DNA from: Candidatus Vogelbacteria bacterium RIFOXYD1_FULL_46_19
Lineage (GTDB): Bacteria > Patescibacteriota > Minisyncoccia > Phycocordibacterales > XYD1-FULL-46-19
Assembly: GCA_001824825.1 (NCBI GenBank)
Contig: MHTK01000002.1
Location: 6,020-70,019 of the forward strand
Reading direction: 5' to 3'
Length of the DNA stretch: 64,000 bases
Shown: in pieces, positions 35,240-44,050 of the stretch
Layout: every line of letters starts with the position of its first letter
Numbering within the stretch: the stretch's first letter is position 1
Notes under the pieces: generated by a model
What the model saw: only the letters and a program-made list of their open reading frames with translations
What the model was told of the DNA's origin: nothing
Databases searched by the model: none
Position numbers and translations under genes: made by a program

Positions 35240-36271
35240 ATGGGTCGCTTAACTATTTCAAATATTACAAATAACGAGCCGTGGCCAAATAAAGCTGAGG
35301 CCGAGGCACACTTTACCCAATCTGAGCTTTTTGGTCAGTGGCAAATTGAGCGCGGTTTTAAAGTACGCCGCTTGGTCTTAAAAGACAACGACCGGCCCAT
35401 ATTATGGTGGCAAGCCCTTACTGCTCCCCTAATAAGACGTCACACTCAAATCTATATTCCACACGGACCGATTGTTTTAGACCCCTCCGATTTGAACCCA
35501 ACTGTAATAAAGTTATTTAAAGAGGAACTCTTTAAACTGGCCCGAGAAGATAAAGCGGTCTTTGTCCGTCTTGATCCCCAAATCAAAGACTGGACCAAGA
35601 GTGCCCTAAACAAAAATGGCTTTAAGACCGCTCCGGCCTTTGCTGCCCACTCAACTCTAACCCAGCCTCGCTACGAGTGGATTATGGATTTAATCGGCAG
35701 TGAAACTGATTGGTTTAACCGTATGTCTAAAGACACACGCTACTCTATTCGTACCGCCCAGAAACGCGGCACGGTAACGGAAATCATTAACGAAAACTTA
35801 ACCAGTGAACTCAATAACTTTTACCAACTTGTCCTTGAGACCAGCAAGCGAAACAACTTCCGCCTTCACCCTAAGTCTTATTATGAAAAAGTTTTGAGTG
35901 AAACCAGCCGGAATCAGAGCGGCTTTATCGTGAAAGCCTCTTTCAACGGCATTCCCCTAGTCATGAACTTGATCACCACCGGTAGTCCCACCGCCCTTCA
36001 CGTTTTTGGTGGCTCGACGACCGTCCATCGTGACCAGCTAGCTTCCTACTTAGCTCACTGGGCCGGCTTTATTGAAGCCAAGCGCCAAGGAGCCACGACT
36101 TATAGTTTCGGCGGGATTAGTTTCGGTGAAGATCAAAATCCTTCCTGGGTGGACTTAACCGCTTTTAAACAAAAGTTCCCCGGCCACATCAAAGATTATG
36201 GCCCCTTGTATGATCTCCCTATTTCCAGGCTATGGTATTATGCCTATGTCACCGCAAAAAAATTCCGCTAA
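35240..36271 (+). CDS. FemAB-family peptidoglycan peptide-bridge aminoacyltransferase-like protein
   Basis: 343 aa with a FemABX-like two-GNAT-lobe architecture. The call rests on overall sequence resemblance only. Confidence 0.55.
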   Translation: MGRLTISNITNNEPWPNKAEAEAHFTQSELFGQWQIERGFKVRRLVLKDNDRPILWWQALTAPLIRRHTQIYIPHGPIVLDPSDLNPTVIKLFKEELFKLAREDKAVFVRLDPQIKDWTKSALNKNGFKTAPAFAAHSTLTQPRYEWIMDLIGSETDWFNRMSKDTRYSIRTAQKRGTVTEIINENLTSELNNFYQLVLETSKRNNFRLHPKSYYEKVLSETSRNQSGFIVKASFNGIPLVMNLITTGSPTALHVFGGSTTVHRDQLASYLAHWAGFIEAKRQGATTYSFGGISFGEDQNPSWVDLTAFKQKFPGHIKDYGPLYDLPISRLWYYAYVTAKKFR

Positions 36272-36274
36272 ATT

Positions 36275-37564
36275 ATGGGCCAACTTAAACTCCAACTAAA
36301 AAAAATTACCCCGACTTGGATGCTGTCACTGTACCATTATAAGATGTCCCTGGTGGGCGCCCTGCGTTATGGTTTCCCGTCGCGAAACATAAAAGTAGTG
36401 GGCGTCACCGGCACCAAGGGTAAGTCTAGCACTGTCGAAATTTTAAACGCTATTTTAGAAGAGGCCGAGTTTACTACCGCCTTAGTGTCAACAGTCCGGT
36501 TTAAAGTGGGAAATGACTCCGAGCCCAATCGGCTTAAAATGACCACCCCAGGACGTTTCTTTCTGCAAAAGAAAATTCGAGAAGCAGTAGAAGCCGGTTG
36601 TGACTATATTATTATCGAGATGAGTTCGGAAGGGGTTAAACAGTGGCGCCACAAATTTATTACCCTTAACGCTCTCTTGGTTACCAACTTGTCGCCCGAG
36701 CATATTGAATCGCATGGATCCTACGCCAACTACCGCGAAGCTAAACTAAAAATAGCCAAAGCTTTGACTCGCTCGTCGAAACCCCACAAAGTTTTAGTCA
36801 CCAATGGTGACGATCCAGAACTTGAGGTTTTTCGCCAGCTTAAAAATGTGACTCAAGTCTCCACTCACCTAGTAGATGCTAGCCCTCACACTCTGCTAGC
36901 CGACGGACTTTTCTTTACATATAAAAATCAAAAAATCCAAACCAAACTGGTGGGCGAATTTAATTTGTATAATATCTTACTCGCTGTCGCTTATGCCGAA
37001 CATGAAAATGTTGATTCGGAAAAAATAAAAAAGGCTTTAGAAAAATTTACTGGTGTCCCCGGCCGGCTAGAGCTTGTCACCAGCTCCGATCCAACTTTGG
37101 CCCGACGGCAAAATTTTAAAGTAATTGTCGACTACGCCCACACCGCCGACTCCCTGAAAAAAGTTTACGAGATTTATAAAGACCATAAAATAATTGCGGT
37201 ATTGGGCGGCACCGGTGGGGGGCGAGACCGGGACCGCCGAACTATCATGGGCGGCCTGGCCAACAAGTATGCGAGCTTAGTGATTGTGACGGATGAAGAC
37301 CCTTACGACGAAGACCCACGCCAAATTGCCGAGGCAGTGGCCACCGGCGTCACCAGTACCCCTAAAAAGATCATTATGGACCGACGAGAAGCTATCCGAG
37401 TAGCACTTAAAAGTGCTACAGGCGACTCGGTGGTGATAATTACCGGCAAGGGCACCGACCCTTATATTATGAGAGCGGGTGGTACCAAAGAACTGTGGAG
37501 CGACGCCGAGGTGGCACGGGAGGAGCTGGAGATGGTACTAAAAGAACGAAGTGAACAGAAATAG
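36275..37564 (+). CDS. Mur-ligase-family protein lacking the usual N-terminal UDP-binding domain (MurT/CapB/MurE-like; substrate unresolved)
   Basis: The P-loop GVTGTKGKSST lies at residue about 45, with a Mur ligase middle domain and a C-terminal domain. Confidence 0.72.
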   Translation: MGQLKLQLKKITPTWMLSLYHYKMSLVGALRYGFPSRNIKVVGVTGTKGKSSTVEILNAILEEAEFTTALVSTVRFKVGNDSEPNRLKMTTPGRFFLQKKIREAVEAGCDYIIIEMSSEGVKQWRHKFITLNALLVTNLSPEHIESHGSYANYREAKLKIAKALTRSSKPHKVLVTNGDDPELEVFRQLKNVTQVSTHLVDASPHTLLADGLFFTYKNQKIQTKLVGEFNLYNILLAVAYAEHENVDSEKIKKALEKFTGVPGRLELVTSSDPTLARRQNFKVIVDYAHTADSLKKVYEIYKDHKIIAVLGGTGGGRDRDRRTIMGGLANKYASLVIVTDEDPYDEDPRQIAEAVATGVTSTPKKIIMDRREAIRVALKSATGDSVVIITGKGTDPYIMRAGGTKELWSDAEVAREELEMVLKERSEQK

Positions 37565-37572
37565 CTTAGATA

Positions 37573-37726
37573 CCCCGCCTCGCTTTTTACCTTTTCAATT
37601 TAAAGTAAGAGGTAACCCAGTGTGGTGTGGTAGAATTTTAGCCAACACGCTTCGCGCGTAACGTAAGGAATGGCCTATACGGCCCCGCGTGTTGAAAAAA
37701 TAATTAACAGTAAAAGCGAGGCGGGG
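37573..37726. repeat. 15-bp perfect inverted repeats (CCCCGCCTCGCTTTT / AAAAGCGAGGCGGGG) flanking a 124-nt structured segment
   Basis: Read directly from the sequence. There is an inner inverted repeat CAACACGC...GCGTGTTG. It lies immediately upstream of the AT-rich GIY-YIG gene. Confidence 0.5.
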
Positions 37727-37803
37727 CGATGATTTTATAAAGCTCGCCTTCCCCGCTAAAAATTCACCCTGTTTAGTAAACTTTAAATTTTTTCAAAAAT
37801 ATT

Positions 37804-38058
37804 ATGTACTTTACATACGTTCTCCAATCTCAACTGGATAAAAAATTTTACACAGGTTTTACAAAAAATTTAAAGTTAAGATTTGACGATCACTGTGATG
37901 GTTTAGTAAATTCTACTAGCAGTAGACGACCCTTAAAACTAATTTATTATGAGGCTTGTTTGAATCAACATGACGCTACCTATAGAGAAAAATATTTAAA
38001 AACCACATATGGAAAACGTTTTATTAGAAATAGAGTCAAATCTTACTTAACAGGGTAA
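37804..38058 (+). CDS. Stand-alone GIY-YIG nuclease-domain protein (84 aa), AT-rich
   Basis: YVLQSQLDKKFYTGFTKNLKLRFDDH matches the GIY-YIG core. GC is about 33%, well below the flanks. Confidence 0.62.
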   Translation: MYFTYVLQSQLDKKFYTGFTKNLKLRFDDHCDGLVNSTSSRRPLKLIYYEACLNQHDATYREKYLKTTYGKRFIRNRVKSYLTG

Positions 38059-38940
38059 ATGCCCGAACTACCCGAAGTTGAAACGGTGGCCCGTGACCTC
38101 AACCGTGTTTTAAAAAACCACGTTATTAAAAAGGTTGTGGTCCGTGTGCCCAAAATGATTTTACCGCTCTCGGCGGAAGATTTTGGTAGTGGCTTAAAAA
38201 CTTGGTCCATCGAGAAAGTCTCCCGCCGAGCCAAAATTATCGTAATAAATTTATCTAAACCCAAAGCTAAAGCCAAGAAATTTTTACTGATTCACCTCAA
38301 AATGACCGGCCAACTTATTTGGATGCCTAAAATCGGCCAAGCAGTAATCGGCGGCCACCCCCAGCCCGGCGGTGGTCATAATTTGCCCCACAAACACACC
38401 CACGCCGAATTCCACTTCCAAGACGGGTCAGTTTTGTATTTCAACGATATGCGTAAATTTGGCTGGCTTAAATTGGTGACTGAATCAGAAAAAGAAATCA
38501 TTCTTAGCCCGCACGGCGTGGAGCCACTGGCTAAAGATTTTAGTTTGACCATTTTTACCAACCTAATCACCAAGTACCCCAACCGCACTCTTAAGCACAC
38601 CCTGCTAGACCAAAAGCTGATCGCCGGCTTAGGCAACATTTATGTGGATGAAGCCTGCTTTAAGACCGGTGTTCTACCCACGCGTCCGGTTCATACTTTA
38701 TCAAGATCAGATTTAACAAAACTTCACCAAGAGATTGTGGCTGTTTTAAAACTCTCCATCAAAAAGAAAGGGACTTCGGCCCGCAATTATGTCCGAGCCG
38801 ACGGCACCAAAGGTGGCTTTGTCCCCTACTTAAATGTGTACGGCCGCGCGGGCTTAGCCTGCAAACAATGTGGCAACCTAATTTCGAAAACTAAACATGC
38901 CGGCCGGGGCACTCATTTTTGCAGTAAATGTCAAAAATGA
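38059..38940 (+). CDS. mutM: Formamidopyrimidine-DNA glycosylase (Fpg/MutM)
   Basis: MPELPEVETV N-terminus, H2TH domain and a C-terminal zinc finger (CKQCG...CSKCQ). Confidence 0.9.
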   Translation: MPELPEVETVARDLNRVLKNHVIKKVVVRVPKMILPLSAEDFGSGLKTWSIEKVSRRAKIIVINLSKPKAKAKKFLLIHLKMTGQLIWMPKIGQAVIGGHPQPGGGHNLPHKHTHAEFHFQDGSVLYFNDMRKFGWLKLVTESEKEIILSPHGVEPLAKDFSLTIFTNLITKYPNRTLKHTLLDQKLIAGLGNIYVDEACFKTGVLPTRPVHTLSRSDLTKLHQEIVAVLKLSIKKKGTSARNYVRADGTKGGFVPYLNVYGRAGLACKQCGNLISKTKHAGRGTHFCSKCQK

Positions 38941-39013
38941 TATAGACCAAAGGGCCCTCATTTTTTCGTCACAGTTCGAGATAGAAAACATTAATTTACT
39001 ATGCTTTAATAGT

Positions 39014-39137
39014 AAAAGCCGACACAAATTCACCTTTAGTTTAACCAACTGAAGTTACCCTAAGCCTAGAACCGCCAACTAGGGACGGGCCCTGATACGG
39101 GGCAGGAAGGAGGGTGTTGAATTTAGTGTCGGCTTTT
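39014..39137. repeat. 18-bp near-perfect inverted repeats (AAAAGCCGACACAAATTC / GAATTTAGTGTCGGCTTTT) flanking an 87-nt segment
   Basis: Read directly. The 3' arm is followed by TTTTTAT, so it can act as a long-stem terminator for mutM. Confidence 0.45.
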
Positions 39138-39202
39138 TATCTACCCATAATTTCAAAAAACCTAACCACACTAAGTGACTAGTTGTTATAGAAAGTGTCA
39201 GA

Positions 39203-39245
39203 AATAAAAAAATGAAACCCCCGATTCGTCAAAACGAATCGGGGG
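39203..39245 (-). terminator. Rho-independent terminator for the 39254..39865 gene
   Basis: CCCCCGATTCGT-caaa-ACGAATCGGGGG hairpin followed on the minus strand by a T run. Confidence 0.6.
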
Positions 39246-39253
39246 CTAATTCT

Positions 39254-39865
39254 CTACTTGCGAAAAGCGAGAAACCGGCAATTGCCACCCCAGCCATCTT
39301 CGAACCAACCCAAGCTCAAGACGCGCCGCGAGTCATTCCCGTCGAGGAAAGGCACACGACGGTCACCACACACCTCCGCACTAGAGCCAAGAGCGACAAC
39401 CAGAAACTCTTGTTGAACCTCGGGGCAAGTCGCCCCAAAAGCAAGCAATTCCGCGAGTGTGCCGGGGCGCAAACCACGTTTCTCGAGCTCGGCCAGCACC
39501 ACCTCGGACGACCTATCATGACCGAAGTGGACCAGCTCAGGCTCAAGCTCCACTTGCCCTTCCCCCTCCACTTCGAAAAGATCCGGGGTAATGTTGAGGT
39601 CGACCAAGTCGTAACAACCAGCGATCACCATCTGCTCGAGAGTCATAGTATAATCCACGACAATCTTGCAAATTTTCGCCACCAGACCAAGTAGCTGACG
39701 AAACGCAAAGCGATCCACCCTCTTCAACTTTCCCACCACGGCCGCCTCGTAGAGATCAGCTTGAAGTCCAGTTTGAACAAGGTCGTCACAAGCCTCTTCG
39801 GTGAGGCCTTTATGATCAGCCAAATTTATGAGATGTTTTGCATTGCCCAAAATCACTATACTCAT
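39254..39865 (-). CDS. Hypothetical protein, anomalously GC-rich (~52%)
   Basis: 203 aa ORF with its own terminator and no recognisable motif. Confidence 0.42.
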   Translation of the reverse strand: MSIVILGNAKHLINLADHKGLTEEACDDLVQTGLQADLYEAAVVGKLKRVDRFAFRQLLGLVAKICKIVVDYTMTLEQMVIAGCYDLVDLNITPDLFEVEGEGQVELEPELVHFGHDRSSEVVLAELEKRGLRPGTLAELLAFGATCPEVQQEFLVVALGSSAEVCGDRRVPFLDGNDSRRVLSLGWFEDGWGGNCRFLAFRK

Positions 39866-40049
39866 AGAATTATCTCCCAGTGTTACTCTATTTAGTAATA
39901 GTAGTTTAAGTTATCCTTGGTGGAAAAACCGCCAGAGAACTTATCTGCATAAGATAATACACTTATTTTAATACCTTATCAAGATACACCCAGCTCAGAA
40001 TATCCCTATTCATAGCCGCATTCTTAGCAATTTTTGAGTCTACTTAAGT

Positions 40050-40355
40050 CTATTTCACCTTTCGCTCCAACATTATCACCCTCTTTTCCAGACGGGCAAA
40101 TTCTTGTCGATCCACTTTTTGTTTCGTTTCATATTTAATATCTGCCAGGTCTAACAGTATCTGCCCCATCCGTTCGGTATGACTATCTAATTTTTTCTCG
40201 ACAACACTAAATTTAGTCTCCACCTTTTGGTTTAATCCTAACAGCCCCTCACCGAATATTTTGAACTGCGAACGCAGATCTTCCAACACGACCGTATATT
40301 GGTCTTTCTTAGGTGCTCCTTTATTGGCCTTGGATTCTGGAGTTTTCTTCTTCAT
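40050..40355 (-). CDS. Small coiled-coil protein, hypothetical
   Basis: 101 aa, Lys/Glu-rich with a heptad-like periodicity. Confidence 0.45.
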   Translation of the reverse strand: MKKKTPESKANKGAPKKDQYTVVLEDLRSQFKIFGEGLLGLNQKVETKFSVVEKKLDSHTERMGQILLDLADIKYETKQKVDRQEFARLEKRVIMLERKVK

Positions 40356-40376
40356 AAATTGATTATACTCCCAGAC

Positions 40377-40844
40377 TTAAATCAGGCCAAACAAGGCTAC
40401 CCCGGCCGCCACTGAAACATTGAGCGACTCTTTCTTCCCCCTCATGGGGATTTCGGTAATAAGATCGCATTTATTTAAAACTGACGTGGGTAAACCCTTA
40501 GTTTCTTCACCTAAGACTAAAGCCCAACTACCCTTTAGCTTTAGTTTCCGGTAATCGACTGAGTGGTCCGTTTGCTCTAAAGCCACCGTTTTAAGGCCGG
40601 CTTTTTTAAGTTTGACCAGAATGGAGGCAATGGTTTTATGATAAGTCCAGGAAACAGATTTTTCCGCCCCTAAGGCTGTTTTAGCAATTCGCGAATTCAC
40701 CCGACCAAACCGGTCGACAGGGCATGGGGTGACACCGATAAGAAATATTTTTACTATCCCCACCGCGTCCGCCGTCCGAAAAATCGCCCCCACATTGTAG
40801 GCTGAACGGATGTTATAAAGAATTAAAAAAACTTTTCGTTTCAT
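40377..40844 (-). CDS. SpoU/TrmH-family RNA 2'-O-methyltransferase (TrmL-like)
   Basis: 155 aa with SPOUT motifs (YNVGAIFRTADAVG, LVLGEE, the IPM.G...SLNVSVAAGV region). Confidence 0.8.
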   Translation of the reverse strand: MKRKVFLILYNIRSAYNVGAIFRTADAVGIVKIFLIGVTPCPVDRFGRVNSRIAKTALGAEKSVSWTYHKTIASILVKLKKAGLKTVALEQTDHSVDYRKLKLKGSWALVLGEETKGLPTSVLNKCDLITEIPMRGKKESLNVSVAAGVALFGLI

Positions 40845-40884
40845 CTTTTGAAACTATCAGGAATTAAACTAGAAGTAAACTTGA

Positions 40885-41106
40885 TGCCCCGTGCAAGATT
40901 CTGTCCCTACCTGCCCGCCAGCGCCTAAGCCAGCAGGGCGACTCGCCTGCCATGCAAGGTACGAACGGGTACCCCGCCCTGTGCACAGGGCGGGGTCTTT
41001 CGAATCCTGACGCAAGCCAAGTCCTAAAGCCGTCCGGACTCGGAGTAGGCCAGTTGACTTGCTCACGGGGCACAAAATAAAAACGCCTAGCGGCGTCTTC
41101 ATTTTG
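40885..41106. repeat. tRNA-Lys 3'-flanking module
   Basis: Direct copy TGCCCCGTGCAAGATTC (40885-901) matches 16 of 17 positions of the gene's TGCCCCGTGCAGGATTC (41107-23). There is an inverted T-arm fragment TTTCGAATCCTG (40999-41010), a hairpin CCGCCCTGTG-ca-CAGGGCGG, and a 15-bp perfect inverted repeat CACGGGGCACAAAAT (41064-78) / ATTTTGTGCCCCGTG (41101-15) that includes the tRNA acceptor end. Confidence 0.6.
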
Positions 41107-41179
41107 TGCCCCGTGCAGGATTCGAACCTGCGACCGTTCGCTTAAAAGGCGACTGCTCTACCAACTGAGCTAACGGGGC
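41107..41179 (-). tRNA. tRNA-Lys (TTT), CCA not encoded
   Basis: Acceptor GCCCCGT/ACGGGGC, D-arm GCTC-AGTTGGTA-GAGC, anticodon loop CTTTTAA and T-arm GCAGG-TTCGAAT-CCTGC. It closely resembles canonical bacterial tRNA-Lys. Confidence 0.8.
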
Positions 41180-41226
41180 AAAAGAGTTTAAACGCAAATT
41201 ATTCTACCTTAAAAATTTCACCTAGT

Positions 41227-41943
41227 CTACACCCCCAACACCCACCGCTCCAGCGCCACGTCCAAATCACGACTGCGACGCCTAGTCTCATGATATAAAA
41301 CCAACAACTCGCCCATTATCGACAGCAACTCCGCTTCGGTATAATTACGGCCAAACCGGCGCAACTTGGAAGCCACAAACGGCGCCACCGGCAATTTTTG
41401 ATTATCCGGCTCCCCGGCGGCTAGACTCAAGTTGACCACCATCCCCCACAACTGCCAAAACACCTCTTCGGCCACATAGCCCCGCAATTTGGCTTCGGCT
41501 AGAGTCAGCCATAACTTTTGACGATTTCTTTCACCGAAAGCATCGCCAATGGAATAAATAAAATTGTCTCGCTTGGCTTTAGACGTTACCGCCGAAAATT
41601 CTTTCAACTGAGCCCCGGCCTCCGTCAACCTTTTCTTAAGTAGGGCTAAAATTTTGGTCTCCACCACCACAAAAATATGTTCAGCCTGTACTAAACCGGG
41701 AAGCTCCGCCTCTAGCCACTCCAGCCCATTCGGCTGAGCTAAAATATCCCTTAACTCCACTATATGTTTAGCCTCAAACAAACCTTGAGCCGACACCAGC
41801 TCACTGGCCACCCGACTGTCAAAATTATCTTCATTAAATATAAAGTGTTCAGCCTCGGGCCGCTTGTGGTGCACCGCCGTTAAAAATTTAGCCGTATAAG
41901 CTAAACATTTGGCTCGGTCTGATCCGTAAAATACGTAAAGCAT
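41227..41943 (-). CDS. DNA polymerase III delta-subunit-like protein (HolA-like), tentative
   Basis: 238 aa with an MLYVFYGSD N-terminus and a clamp-loader-like helical C-terminus. The assignment is weak. Confidence 0.38.
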   Translation of the reverse strand: MLYVFYGSDRAKCLAYTAKFLTAVHHKRPEAEHFIFNEDNFDSRVASELVSAQGLFEAKHIVELRDILAQPNGLEWLEAELPGLVQAEHIFVVVETKILALLKKRLTEAGAQLKEFSAVTSKAKRDNFIYSIGDAFGERNRQKLWLTLAEAKLRGYVAEEVFWQLWGMVVNLSLAAGEPDNQKLPVAPFVASKLRRFGRNYTEAELLSIMGELLVLYHETRRRSRDLDVALERWVLGV

Positions 41944-41960
41944 AATTTATTAGACCCAAG

Positions 41961-42743
41961 TTACAACTTTAGGGTAAGTAAAATTGGCGCATGATCTGAA
42001 CCCAAAACCTCATCCAAAATATCGGCCTGGACCACTCTCTTAGCCAAAGAAGTTGAAACATAAAAGTAGTCGATCCGCCACCCCACCCCTCGCTCGCGCG
42101 AGCGAGTTTTTTGATCCCACCAACTATACTTAACCATCTGCGGGTGCTTTAGGCGAAAGGTGTCCACAAAGCCCAACTCGGTAAACTGATCAAGCCAGGC
42201 CCGCTCCACGGGCATAAAGCCGGAGGTATTCTCATTTTGCTTGGGTCTCGCCAAGTCGATAGCTTGATGCGCCGTGTTCACGTCACCGCAAAATATAATA
42301 TTAGGTTGGATTTTTTGAAGTTTTTTTAGATGCTTGGTAAACTCCTGATAAAAATCCAGTTTATACTTGAGTCTCTCGGCACTAGCTCCCCCATTCGGAA
42401 AATAAACATTTAACAAGACAAATTTTTCAAAATGAAGTTCAATCACCCGCCCCTCCTGTGACAATAAGCTAGTGCCAAAATCTGTTACAATTTTATGTGG
42501 TACCAATTTGGAGTAAACCGCAACACCACTATAACCTTTCTTGGGAGTACAACAATGCCAATAAGAGTTATAACCATCGGGGTGAAGTAAATTTTCTGAC
42601 AAGTGCGAAGAATCGTGGGTCTTGGTTTCTTGAATACCCACTAGGTCGTAGCGCCCGGCTAACATAAAGTCAATAAAACCTTTGCGCTCAGCGGCGCGCA
42701 CGCCGTTAACATTCCACGATACCAGCGAGAGGGTTTGGGCCAT
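41961..42743 (-). CDS. xthA: Exodeoxyribonuclease III / AP endonuclease
   Basis: LSLVSWNVNGVRA and LVGIQETK motifs and a C-terminal SDHAP motif. Confidence 0.9.
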   Translation of the reverse strand: MAQTLSLVSWNVNGVRAAERKGFIDFMLAGRYDLVGIQETKTHDSSHLSENLLHPDGYNSYWHCCTPKKGYSGVAVYSKLVPHKIVTDFGTSLLSQEGRVIELHFEKFVLLNVYFPNGGASAERLKYKLDFYQEFTKHLKKLQKIQPNIIFCGDVNTAHQAIDLARPKQNENTSGFMPVERAWLDQFTELGFVDTFRLKHPQMVKYSWWDQKTRSRERGVGWRIDYFYVSTSLAKRVVQADILDEVLGSDHAPILLTLKL

Positions 42744-42764
42744 AAAATTTAGTATAACATAGGC

Positions 42765-43367
42765 TTATGTTAGAACTTTTAAGACTTGGAAATCTTTAAA
42801 CAAAGTATTTTTAAGAGCTTGGTTATAAATAGCAGCGGCCGGGTGGTAAAGCGGTAATACCGACATCGCGAGCCCTTTAAGGGAACCCGGAATAACTCGA
42901 CCGTGAAGCTCACCAATCGAACGCAACCTTTCCGACGAATCAAACTTGTCTAAAATATATTTCATCGAGAAGCGTCCCAGGGTGGCAATAATTTCAGGTT
43001 CGATAATCTCAATTTGTCGATCCAGAAAAGGTCCGTAAAAAATTATTTCCTCCGGACTAGGGTCGCGATTGGCCGGCGGCCGGTCTTTAACAATATTGGT
43101 CACGTACACATCGGACCGTTTTAAACCAATCGAGTTTAAAAGCTCGTCTAAAATCCGTCCCGAGGCGCCACAAAAAGGTTTAGCGGTTAAAGCCTCGTTT
43201 TTACCAGGCGCTTCACCCACGAACATAACCCTCGCCTCATGGTTACCCTCACCAATGACCGGATAATATTTATTGGCTTGCCGATACTCATATAAAGGCG
43301 AGCTCGTTAAATTTAAAAGCTCATCCTTAATCTCTTTTAAGCCCTGATGTTTTTCGTCTAGAGTCAT
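42765..43367 (-). CDS. Uracil-DNA glycosylase, family 4
   Basis: VMFVGEAPGKNEALTAKPFCGASG motif (GEAPG...PF.G..G). Confidence 0.8.
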   Translation of the reverse strand: MTLDEKHQGLKEIKDELLNLTSSPLYEYRQANKYYPVIGEGNHEARVMFVGEAPGKNEALTAKPFCGASGRILDELLNSIGLKRSDVYVTNIVKDRPPANRDPSPEEIIFYGPFLDRQIEIIEPEIIATLGRFSMKYILDKFDSSERLRSIGELHGRVIPGSLKGLAMSVLPLYHPAAAIYNQALKNTLFKDFQVLKVLT

Positions 43368-43627
43368 TTGGTTTTTTCCGATGAAAGTAACTTGGCTTTA
43401 GCCTTAGGACCTCCCCGATTGTACCCGCCCACCCCACCGTCGGAACGCACCACCCGGTGGCAGGGAATGCTGGGATTATAATTTTTACTTAAAATTATCC
43501 CCACCGCGCGGCAGGCCCGGGGATTCCCCGCCAAACGCGCCACCTCTTGGTAGGTTAGGGTTTGGCCGCGTTTAATATGTTTTACCACTTGATAAACTTG
43601 CTGGGTAAAGGTTGGGGTCTGTTTCAT
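43364..43627 (-). CDS. Methylated-DNA-protein-cysteine methyltransferase, DNA-binding/catalytic C-terminal domain only (Ogt-like)
   Basis: 87 aa with the IPCHRVV active-site motif. It overlaps the udg start by 4 nt. Confidence 0.75.
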   Translation of the reverse strand: MKQTPTFTQQVYQVVKHIKRGQTLTYQEVARLAGNPRACRAVGIILSKNYNPSIPCHRVVRSDGGVGGYNRGGPKAKAKLLSSEKTK

Positions 43628-43646
43628 AACCTTATCCTAACATTAC

Positions 43647-43700
43647 AAAAACCCCGCTTACAAACAATTTAAGCTTAAATTGTTTGTAAGCGGGGTTTTT
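43647..43700. terminator. Long perfect hairpin (22-bp stem) terminator
   Basis: AAAAACCCCGCTTACAAACAATTT-aagc-TTAAATTGTTTGTAAGCGGGGTTTTT. Confidence 0.65.
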
Positions 43701-43714
43701 AATTTTTTGTTGAG

Positions 43715-43936
43715 TTAGATCTGAGCTTCAGCGGCGGCATCAACTTCACCTTCCGCAGCACCAGCGTCAGCACCTTCAGTTACGAAAGAACCAGCACCAG
43801 CATCACCGGTCACATCAATCACTTCAGCCTCGTTGTCAATTGCATCAACTGGAGTATCGTTCTGACCCATGTACCAGATAACACCAGCAATAATGATAAC
43901 AATTACAACGATAGCAATGATTACATTTTTGGACAT
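43715..43936 (-). CDS. Small N-terminally anchored membrane protein with acidic Ala/Gly/Glu-rich tail, hypothetical
   Basis: 73 aa. It has a single TM segment (IIAIVVIVIIIAGVIWY). Confidence 0.4.
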   Translation of the reverse strand: MSKNVIIAIVVIVIIIAGVIWYMGQNDTPVDAIDNEAEVIDVTGDAGAGSFVTEGADAGAAEGEVDAAAEAQI

Positions 43937-44050
43937 AATTGCTTTAGTTGTTTAGTAATCGACCTTTCCTTGATTGTCAATAATTAAACACTACCATTTC
44001 CGTGGTTTATTTTCAACATTTAAGCCCATGTGGATAATTAAACCCCAACT

